DNA of 64,000 bases from Lama glama (Eukaryota), in assembly GCA_028534125.1 (NCBI GenBank), contig CM052818.1:31374001-31438000 (forward strand), in the 5' to 3' direction. Each line of letters begins with the position of its first letter. Position 1 is the stretch's first letter. Below the pieces are notes generated by a model that had not been told where the DNA came from, did not search any database, and saw nothing but the letters and a program-made list of their open reading frames with translations. Shown piece by piece: positions 54,407 through 64,000 of the stretch. The position numbers and the translations under genes are program-made.

Positions 54407-54840
54407 CCTTACGAAGGCTTCCTAGAAGCAGCACCTGAAACAAGGACCCTTGTGTAGATGATTCTTTGAAGAAGTGCTCTCAGGAGAAGGGAAGTAATAA
54501 AAGCAGGGTACAGGGCAGGAGGGAAAAATTAAGTAAGAACATCGTCTCAGCTGGAGATTAGCTTCAGCCTGATCTCACAGAAGCTCTGGAGCATGAATTA
54601 TACCACAGGAGTATTCAACCTTGACACAAGGGGGCCAGCCTCTTGTTTTCCTACATAGTCAGTTATTGACTGCAGGCTGCCTGAGAGTGGGGTTGCATAA
54701 CCAGCTGGTAAGGCAGCTCCTATTTGGCTGAGGAGAGTCCTTGGAGAACGAGGGAAGCCGTGACCCCTCAGCTGCCAGTGCTCACAGCAACAGGGAGATC
54801 AGTGCCCCCTCTAAGTGGGGCACTGACAGCATCCACTACA
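54407..54840 (-). mobile_element. LTR16A-like ERVL 5' LTR
   Basis: Minus strand begins TGTAGTGGATGCTGTCAGTGCCC, about 430 bp, followed directly by internal sequence. Confidence 0.75.
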
Positions 54841-55779
54841 GACACAACATAAGTACTAAGTAAAGGTCAGCTTTTTAAAAGAATACATATATGAGCATAC
54901 ATGCCTAGAATATCTGGGAAGGCTGTGCAAGAAACCACCGCTGGAGTTGCCTCTGGGAGGAGAAATGAGACACCAGTCAACTGACAGATCGACGCATTCC
55001 TTTTCATACTGACTGAATCTGAGCCAGATGTACATATTACCGTTTTAATTTGGGGGAGGAAAAATATTACAAGCCCCGCTGATGTGCCCATGAGCTTAAG
55101 AGATGGTGTTAAGCTGCCCACAAGGGTAATTTTCCCGCAAGTCCCTGAATCCTCCCTGACTCCAGCAGCAGAGTTCCACAGCTGATGAATTGCTCAACCT
55201 CATGCACCATCACCTTCACAGTCACATTTAATAGGGCACACTCTGCAGTGCTCAGGGAGGCACTGTGACAAGCAGGAAATCCCAAGCCCTCGTTCTCACT
55301 GCGCTTTTATTATTATTGGGGTACTCTCCATGCCTATGTAATGGCTTCCACCTCTTCAAAATGTGATAGTAATAAGGTAAAATCTGTCCTCAATAACAGA
55401 CCTCAGAAGAGAGCCAAGTAAGCTGCTGCCAATAACTCTGGAACAATTCTCCTCCGTGGTAATGAGTAGAGGGAACAGGCAGCCCAGTGCTGGCAGAGGC
55501 CACAGATACTTCACTGGAGACCTGGAGCAACCCATTTCTTAGAGCCCACAGGTTCCCTGTGGCTGAGACTTAGCATACTCTTTGTTACCCAGTGACATTC
55601 CAGAATTCAAAAGATATTTGAAATCAAAGGTTTTGATTTCCTGAGAAGGCAACTGAGTGTTCACTAGTTCAGGAATGTTGGCGCTAGAATGTGTAGCTTA
55701 AAAGTGACATTAACGCAAATCAGTGATGCAGTCAAATTCTGATTGTTCTCTTTTTGCCCCTCTAACTGCCCTCCACTCC

Positions 55780-56219
55780 ATGCACACACACATTTTATGC
55801 TGACTGGTCCAGCTTGTATCTCCTCGCTCCTTGGCCCTTTGTCCCTGGCAGTTAGCCAGCAGGAGGCACTGGAAGAATTCTGCAGGATGGACTGAGAAAA
55901 AGATCAAGGTGATGTTCCCCTGACTCCCTCCCTGTGGGATTTCAGGATGGCCGTGGCTTTAGACTCCATCTAAGGCCATAGCTCCTCTTGGACATCTCAG
56001 CTTTCACTGAGTTCTGGGACCCTCTCCCTTCCTGCCCCTTGGGCAGGACACACTGTGTGGCAGCATAATGTATTTTTAATTTATTATTTCTAGCTCCAGG
56101 GTACTTCATCATGCTCTGTTAATTTCCCTTAATCCTGATTCCAGCTTTGTAATAATCCCTTTAACTCTTTCTAATCATCTCTTCTGAATGTATTATACGC
56201 CAAAATCCTGACTGATACA
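55780..56219 (+). mobile_element. LTR33-like ERVL solo LTR
   Basis: GCCAGCAGGAGGCACTGG core and end CCTGACTGATACA. Confidence 0.6.
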
Positions 56220-56334
56220 TTGATGGACCAAAATTTCACTTAGGCTGAAAAGATTTAAAACGCCAGAAAGCAAATCTAGCCACTCATCCAACATAGTCAT
56301 AAACCTTTCTCCTACTACTATTTAACGTAAACCC

Positions 56335-56860
56335 TCTTTATCAGTAAGGAGTGCTTTCAGCTGTTTTGTATCATCAGAAACTCAAGTTATAATGGCTTAA
56401 ACTGCAAGGATATTTATTATTACTTAGAGTGTAGAGGTAGGCAGTCTCAGAATTGGTTCTATCACTCAAGGATGACAGCAAGGACCCAACTTTTTTTCAT
56501 CTTTCTGCCCTGCTTTCCTTAGTATGTTGACTTTAAATTGTCATGCTCATTACCTCATAGCCACAATATGGTTGCCACAACTCCAGGTGTCACAATCATA
56601 TCCGAAGACAGGGAACAGTAAACAGAGGAAAAGGCGTTCTCCTTGTGAGAAAATCTTTTTACCCAGGAAGAAAAAACCTTCCCAGAAACTCCCCAATAAG
56701 TGTCCACTATTGTCCCAGTGGCCAGAACTCAAGTCACATGGCCACATCTATAAGAAGTGTGGGAAAGGAAACATCTGAGTTTCTAGACTTCGTAGGGGGA
56801 GTTGTCAGAAGAAAGGAGGATTGGGAATAGAAATTGAGTAGCCAACCAAGGGTCTGTCCC
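56335..56860 (-). mobile_element. Old MLT1 (MaLR) LTR
   Basis: ATGGCTTAAAC...AAGGACCCA...CACAATATGGTTGCCACAACTCCAG...GGCCAGAACT...CACATGGCCAC. Confidence 0.65.
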
Positions 56861-57039
56861 ATTCTATGCTATAGGTGAACCTTCTGCCCAGTTGTCACTC
56901 TGAGAAATTACTCATGCTGTCTTCCACTGAGAACTGTCTGTTACCTCTTCCCTATTATTTTTCTAAGTAGTAATAAACTTTGAGGCCCAACCCAAATTCT
57001 TTCAACACCTATTTATGACCCCAGTGCATCTCCCCTGAT

Positions 57040-57597
57040 GTTCACATAAATGGTTTGGGATGGCCATCCAGAAAACTGTATTAACTATATTTTCTTATTT
57101 TCTGTATTCTTCATGCTCCAGCATTTGGATCATCATTCCTAGAGAAAGCAAACAACTTGCCTGGGAGTGTGTTTTTTTCTATGCAACTAATCATCCAGAG
57201 CTCACCCACCACCTCCTTCAACACACACACCTCTTCCATCTGGCTCTGACACTCTAGGCAATTTTCTCTGCCCTAATCCCCAAGGCCAGGTTCCAGACAA
57301 GTTGGAACAGCCCCTGTACCCCAGAGCCTGCTGAAAGTATTCAAACCAACCAGTCCTAAACCGCTCCTCGACCTCTCTTCCTTCCCATGGAAACCACGAT
57401 AAAAGCTTTTGCCCGTGTTTTCTTCCCACTCCTTCTGCCTCCTGACTGAACCCAGTGCTTCCCCATGTGTCTGCTCTGTGGTACACAGTGCCCTCTCCTC
57501 TTGGGAACTGTGAGGAAGAAATTATCTTTTCAATGGCAGTCTTCTTATCTTGACCTCACCTTACCCGAATAATAACAAAACCTACATTTTATAACAA
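57040..57597 (+). mobile_element. MER74-like ERVL LTR
   Basis: Ends AATAATAACAAAACCTACATTTTATAACA and contains internal GATAAAAGCT...TGGGAACTGTGAG. Confidence 0.6.
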
Positions 57598-57954
57598 AAC
57601 CCTTCCCCATGATCTACTTCCTTCAGTGAGTTTCTATTTGCCCTCTTTACCCAGGGACAAGTTCTGTGAGCATATTGGTCCTGGACTACAATCGGTCAGG
57701 TCTTACTGTGCTTCCTACTATAGGCTCGTATGTCCCATGGTCTCCCCACTAGAGCTCCTACAAGACAAACCAACCCTTCCCCGCTGGTACTGGCCACCTC
57801 TGTTTGTACAACTTATGTCAAAGACCACATGCTTGAGGGTGAGGGGAAAGGAATAAGGGGCATTATAGGAAAAGAACTCCATCTCCCCTAAACTAATTTT
57901 ATTATAACCCCAGAAATGATATACTGTCCTCATTTTACAGTGAAACTTAGGCTC

Positions 57955-58905
57955 AGTGCTTTCATTCCTATTGCTGCTCTAACAGATTTCTACAAACTTA
58001 GTGGTTTGAAACAACACAAAATCATTCTCTGACAATCTAGAGATCAGAAGTCCAAAATCATTTTTACTGGCAGTGCTGGTCCCTCCTGGAGGATCTGAGG
58101 GGAGAATCTGTTTCCTTGCTTTTTTCAGCTTCTAGTGACTGTCTTGGTTTTTGGCCCTTTCCTCTACCTTCAAACACATGACTCTAATCTCTGCTTCCAG
58201 TATCTCATCACTTTCTCCCTCTGTAGTAAAAACATCTCTCTCTGCCTTCCTCTTTCAAGACACTTGTGATTATATTTAAGGCCTGCCCAAACAATCCAAG
58301 ATAATCTTCTCAATTCAAAATTCTTAATTTAATTATAATTTCAAAGTCCCTTTTGCCATATGGTTACAAGAATTAGGGCTGGGGGGTGGTGCGAGGGTGA
58401 TTATAGCTCAGTGGTGGTACACATGTTTAGCATGCACGAAGTCCTGAGTTCAATCCCCAGTACCTCCATTAAAAAAAAAAAAAAGGAATTAGGGCTGGGT
58501 ATTTTTGATGCCCATTATCCAGCCTATCACACTGGGTTTCACTGAGCTAAAATCATGGTGTCAATATTCCTGCACACTGCATCCTTCTGGAATCTAAGGG
58601 AGGATCCATTTCCTTGCCTTTACCAGCTTTTAAAGGCCACCTAAATTCCTTGGCTTGTGGCTTCTTCTTCCATCTTCACAGCCAGCAGAGTATCATCTTT
58701 AGGTCTCTCACTGACTATTATCACATCTCCTTTGACTCTGACCCTCCTACCTCCCTCCCTCTTTCCCTCTTTCCCTTGGGATTACATTGGGCCCAGGAGA
58801 ATCTTATCAGCAAAGTCCCATTGCCTTTAAGGTAACAGACTCACGCATTCAGGGGATTAGGACATGGACGTCTTTGGGAGGGGGGCTGTTATTTTTGCCT
58901 ACCTG
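57955..58905 (-). mobile_element. Two adjacent MLT1 LTR pieces
   Basis: ATTGCTGCTCTAACA...CTTAGTGGTTTGAAACAACAC in the first piece. The second ends GGGGATTAGGACATGGACGTCTTTGGG. Confidence 0.75.
58384..58485 (+). mobile_element. tRNA-Ala-derived SINE (vic-1-like) with perfect 14-bp TSD
   Basis: TATAGCTCAGTGG...GTTCAATCCCCAGTACCTCCATT plus an A14 tail. GAATTAGGGCTGGG at 58370-58383 and 58486-58499. Confidence 0.9.
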
Positions 58906-59140
58906 ACTGAGGCAGAAAGCAGCTCAGTGGTCGCTGGGGACCAGGGTGGAGAGGAATAGAAAAGAGGGTCCTGCAAAAGAGCATGAGAAAATTTTGGGGG
59001 GTGATGTGACTATCTTGATCGAGTGATGGCTTTCTGGGTATACCATACATATATCAAAACTTATCATAAAATTGTATACCTCAAATAAATACATGCAGTA
59101 AGCTGTATGTCAATTGTACCTCAATAAAGTTGTTAAAAAA
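58905..59140 (+). mobile_element. L1M 3' end
   Basis: TCAGTGGTCGCTGGGG...TGTATGTCAATTGTACCTCAATAAAG. Confidence 0.7.
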
Positions 59141-59300
59141 TTAAATGAGAAAATCACCTTGAGGCTCAGGGACTTTGGCCAAGTTTACATAACTAGGCAG
59201 TGATGTAACCAATATGCACACCCAGGTCAGTTCGTCTGATGCCGAAACGGGTGCCTGTGATCAAGTTTCCTTTCCTTCATCCTCTCTTCCCTATATTTGG

Positions 59301-59430
59301 ATTTTTTTTAAAAATGGGGGGAGGGGGGTAATTAGATTTATTTATATATTTTAATGGCAGTACTAGGGATTGAACCCAGGACCTTGCACATGCTAGGTAT
59401 GCATTCTACCACTGAGCTATACTCTCCCCC
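59301..59430 (-). mobile_element. tRNA-Ala-derived SINE (vic-1-like)
   Basis: Same head and C-rich/A tail structure as the 23.1-kb copy. Confidence 0.85.
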
Positions 59431-61269
59431 AGCTAAGACTTGCCCCTTAGAGCTATGAGTCCATGGTAGAGCTCAATAAATGGTCATTTCCTTCCCTTTC
59501 TCCTTTTAGGCTTACTGATTAGCCAGAGTTTTTGTTTCACAGAACCTGAAAATCACCATTTTCTTCATAAGACAGAGAGAAAGATACCAAATGAATCCAA
59601 CAGGGTAGTCAAAAGATCCATCAGGTATTCTCAGCCAGGAATTTTTCAGACTCTAAAATGCAAATCAACACACAGGATCAGCCCTAAGTGTGTTATTCGG
59701 ATCTCTCAGAAATCTAGGCTGGTTCCTTTTGTCGCCTGGTGTTGCGAGAAAATGCCCATGAATACGTAAGAGCAGGCAAGTGTGTGGAAGCTGCCCCAAC
59801 CTTGTTAACAATGATATAAATAATGATTGTTGCACCCAACGTCACAAAGCCCTTTTGACTGATCTACCACACTTGGTCCGCAGTGGTGAGATAAAACAGG
59901 ACAGTTCTTCCAGCTGGCCAGGAAACCCAAACCTGTTTCCAGCATTTCCTTAAAAGAAAATGTACCCATGTTTCCAGCATTTATGTAATTGTGTGTTTAG
60001 AAGACAGCGTCTTCCATTCCTAGAGAAAATGTCTTGAAAAAAAGGTCCACATTTACAATTTCCACCAGAATTCTCCATGGGATACCGTGTCCTTGATGGG
60101 GCTGTCCTACGTTTCTGACTCAGGTTGTAGTATTCACCTGGGATTCATTTCCTCTTTCTTGATCCTTCTATCTCTCCCACCCAAGGCCAGGCATGTTAGA
60201 TGATTATATTCTGCTTATGTCAGTCACCTCAATTAAATTAGAGAAATAGAAATAAATAAATCAAAAGTATAATGAGAAAGAAAAGAGGCAGGTCACAGAT
60301 GCTGCAGTCCTCAGTGTGTCACCATAAAGCCCTATCCAGTTCATAGAACTACAGACAAGCTACCAACATAAAGTGAATTTAAGATTTATAGTCATGGTTT
60401 CATAAATGGTAAACATAGCAGAAAGAGCCAGACACAGTCAAGTTCCACTGCCCCAAAATCCAGGATCTGAGGCAAATTAGTTTAACTTTTCTGAGCCTCA
60501 GTTTCCTAATGAGAGTAATAAAGAGTTTGTGCCTTGTGGAGCTGTTGCGAGGCGTGGACACACGCAAGAGATGCTTGGCATATAGACGTTGCTTTCTTTT
60601 CCCTTCTTCCTCTCCTGCCCACCTTTATCTAATTTGGCTTATGAAATTGCTCCAGCTAAACGCCTCAGGGGAGATGAAAATGTGAACGTCAATCAACCTA
60701 GAAAGAAAGTGCTAGTACGCCACGATCCATGGCGAACCATTAGTCCTCAAAAGCACTGGGAGTAGGCAGTGTTGGCCTGCAGCCACGTTTTGGCACTGAA
60801 TCATGTCCTGTTTTGCATTGTTCCTTAATTGTTTCAAGTCATTTCCCCTCTCTGGGATTCAGTTTCTTAGCTAGTTCAAGCCTGAGCTTGGATAAGATCC
60901 TCTAGTTCTTCTCAATTCCTTCTACCCATATACCTCTACTTGTATAATAAATACACAGAAAATAGTCATGGTGATGGAGAGCTAAGCAAAGCCCTTATAT
61001 TTAGAGCAAGTTCTCTCCAGCATGAGGTTGAGGCACAGATCGGGGCTGTGCCTGGAACACTCACTATCCTAGACCAATGTAGTACAAAGTCATCTACCAC
61101 ACTCAATTCCCACCCCTCAGAGAGCGTCTGATGACAAAAGAGGAATCTCTGGGCTCAGGCTGTTCAAGACCAGAGTTCAGAAGAGCGCTGTTACCATCAG
61201 TCTATCATCAGATATTTGCAGCTGCTGCTTCCCATAAAGTAGCTGAAGTGCTCACGCTTTGTGCTTGCT

Positions 61270-61435
61270 CCCAAGAACTGCGGTTCTGAACTTTGGCTAC
61301 ACATTAGAATCACCCAGGGAGCTTTTAAAACAGCAGAGGTTATAATTGTATTGGTTTGGGGTGGGGCCTGGGCACTGATATTTTTTAAAAGCTCTCCCGG
61401 CAATTCTAAGTGCATTCAAGATTGAGAATCATCGA
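61270..61435. mobile_element. MER5A-like hAT-Charlie element
   Basis: CTTTGGCTACACATTAGAATCACCCAGGGAGCTTTTAAAA...GGTTTGGGGTGGGGCCTGGGCA...TTGAGAATCA. Confidence 0.75.
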
Positions 61436-61698
61436 TCTAGGACAGAGGCTGGAGTGCAGTTGTTGGGGCCCATACCTGGGTTTCTGAACACACCTGCAAC
61501 AGCACAGCCATAGGCCTGATGGAGCCCAGTTGAAAGAGTGACTATACCTGAATCCCCAGTATTTAGCATGGGGCCTCTCCTGTAGTAGGTAGGCAATGAA
61601 TGTTTGTTGGACAGATAAATGTATGAATGAGCAAATAAATATGAGATACTAGGGTGGAAAGAGTATTGGACCAAAGGCCAGAAAACTATGTTCTCAGT

Positions 61699-62425
61699 TG
61701 TAGTATTATGATTTATAATAATAAATATGTACTTGGTCTTCATCCCCATTTCTGGCACCACTTCTAAAACACTTTGAATTTCCTAAGTGAAGAAAGCTAT
61801 AAAGATGTCTTTTGTTACATTAACGAGGTGATTTTTGGAAAGCACCTAGGTCACCTAAGGATGGGGGATGGTTGCCAGGGGAACCAACCTGGTGAATAGA
61901 GGGTTGGAACTTTCAGTCCCACCCCTCGACCTCTGGGGAGGGGAGATTTGCTGGAGACTGAGTCCAATCACCAATGGCCAATGATTTAATACATCATGCC
62001 TGTATAATGAAGCCTCCCAAAAATCCAAAAGGATGGGATTCAGAGAACTTCGGGTTCATGAACACGTGGAGGTGTGGGCAGAGTGGCACCCTCAGACAGC
62101 ATGGAAGCTCCACATCCTTTGTCTTTTGCTTCTCCTCCATCTGGCTGTTCTTGAGTTATATTCTTTTATAATAAACTGGTAATCTAGTAAGTAAAGTTTT
62201 TCTCTGAGTTCTGTGAACCATTCCAGCAAATTAATCGAACCTGAGGAGGGGGTCATGGGAACTCCGATCTAGAGCCAGTTGCTCAGAAACACAAGTAGCA
62301 ACCTGGACTAGTGATTAGCAACTGGCATCTGAAATGGGGGCGGCGGGGCTGTCTTGTGAGGCTGAGCCCCTAACCTGTGGGATCAGATGCTATCTTCAAG
62401 TGGAGAGTGTCAGAATTAATTGCTT
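61699..62425 (+). mobile_element. MER21-like LTR
   Basis: TGTAGTATTATGATTTATAATAA...GGGTTGGAACTTTCAGTCCCACCCC...CCAATGGCCAATGATTTAAT...GTGTCAGAATT. Confidence 0.8.
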
Positions 62426-63224
62426 GATGGCTTGATAACCACATCAGACCCACCCTGATCCAATCACTATGTAAAAATGGGCAATTATTTTCCTTAAGCC
62501 TCAATTTACTCTCTTGTGATGCTACTTGCTTTACTGTATTCACAACATCATTGTGAAGATAATGTATGCAAGGGTGCTTTCCATATTTGTGCATTGTGTA
62601 GTTTTAAGAAATTTTTAGAAATCAAACATAGCAGTCATCCTAGCCAACTGCGTTTTCTAACAAAACTGGAAACAGGTGGATTAATGCAGAAACTGTGTGG
62701 AGGCTGGCTGGGGGGTCCAAGTGGGAAGCAGATCCCCCTACTGCAGCGGAGTTAATTCTGCTCCCCTTAGTTGGAACCCAGCATGGCTATTCTTCCTGGG
62801 GATCTTGAAGCCATGCTGGCTGCCCCATGTCCCTGCAGCTCGAGCAGGCCACCCTGCCTGGGTGGTCCTTGGTTGCCCTTGCTCCCAGCTCCCTGGTTCT
62901 CAGCACAGTGTTGGCCCAAAGTAGATGCTCAGAGGATGAACGAATGATTATGCCTGGACTTCTGCCTCTAAGTGAAGTTTTAATGTGTGCCTGTCTTTTG
63001 CTTTGTCAGCTCTTTGGCCACCCATTTGATGGCTGTGGACTTGGTTTCCTGAAAGACGCATGAATCTGCTAGCTTCTCAGTTTGGATGTCCCCACCTACC
63101 ACATGGGAGAAGCATCTGCCTCACCACCCACAGCTCTGTGGGCCCCACACCAGCCAGGCCAGGCCTTGGCCCTCCATGAAGGGGTATTTGGAATTCAGAC
63201 AAAACATATGGTGTTTTTATTTAT

Positions 63225-63640
63225 GTTTTTAAATAACTTGTTTTTCTTATTATTACAAAATAGCACATGTTCATTTGAAAAAAATTTGGAAAAACCAGGC
63301 AAGCAAAAATTAAGAAAGTACAAATCTTTCATAAATCCCTCAGTCTAAAGAATTGCTATTTAGTGTTCCTAGTGTTGGGTATGCAGTGCACACACATGTG
63401 CATGGACATACACTCACACGTATTTAGAAAAACGGGGTCATCCTGGACTTAGTGATTTGTAACCAGCTTTGTTCACATAACAATGTCTTGCTGACTTACA
63501 TGGTCATCTTGAACTATTATTTATCCCCACCCTCCAAAAATCCACTTCTGTTGTCATTAGTTGCTTACAGTTGTTTACAAAATGAACAACATAACTCAAA
63601 ATAACCCAAATCAGTTGGCAACATGGAGGTCTTTTCTAGT
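63225..63640 (-). mobile_element. Ancient L1ME-like fragment
   Basis: Degenerate TACAAAATAGCACATGTTCATTTGAAAAAAATTTGGAAAA pattern. Confidence 0.45.
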
Positions 63641-64000
63641 TAACTGATAATCTGTGCTTTGACCAGTGGTGTCTGCTTGGAGAGAAACCCTACATCCCAT
63701 AAAATGTTTGTTTCATCAAGAGCTCCAGGGCTCAGGCTATAATAGAAACAAAGAGTTTACTGAGCAGCCATAACCTTAAAATTGCTACAGTTTCTATGAA
63801 ACTGGAAAATTCCATCGCCACGGCCAATGTCAACAGCACAGGCAAGAAAGGAATGTAGGAATTCAAAGGAAGGGAAGAATTTGATTAAGAGAGGCTATGG
63901 GTAACTGGCAAAATTTCTCTGAAAATGACCAGAAGGTGCTGGCTTCCAGCATCAGCAACCAGAAATTAGATTATGGGCACTGACCCTCCCTGGAGCAAGT

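Noticed and set aside
1..64000. CRISPR array, operon or prokaryotic defence system
   Set aside because: The sequence is mammalian, with no regularly spaced repeat-spacer structure and no dense coding regions.

Overview
This is mammalian (eutherian) nuclear DNA, most likely camelid: three tRNA-Ala(AGC)-derived SINEs resemble the Camelidae vic-1 family. It is not prokaryotic, and I see no intact cellular CDS, rRNA, genuine tRNA or CRISPR array. The main host feature is a CpG-island promoter at ~49.1-50.2 kb that drives a minus-strand gene I cannot name. Its first exon ends at a strong donor at 49444/49443 and carries two upstream ATGs. An ATG-free candidate 5'UTR exon lies at 24286-24523, with weaker candidate small exons at ~27.3, 8.9 and 2.4 kb. 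The coding region probably lies beyond the left edge of the window. The rest is intron or intergenic DNA dominated by transposon fossils: a near-full-length decayed L1 (14.0-19.6 kb), older L1M/L2/MIR pieces, several solo LTRs, hAT-Charlie MERs, and a partial ERVL provirus (LTR16-like LTR plus gag-pro-RT) just upstream of the promoter. Nearly all entries in the ORF track are L1/ERV remnants or chance ORFs. I found no convincing new biological system. The best leads are a possible splice-donor switch controlling the uORFs and a circularisation-prone UTR exon. Repeat family names come from recalled consensus sequences, not a search, and most repeat boundaries are approximate.
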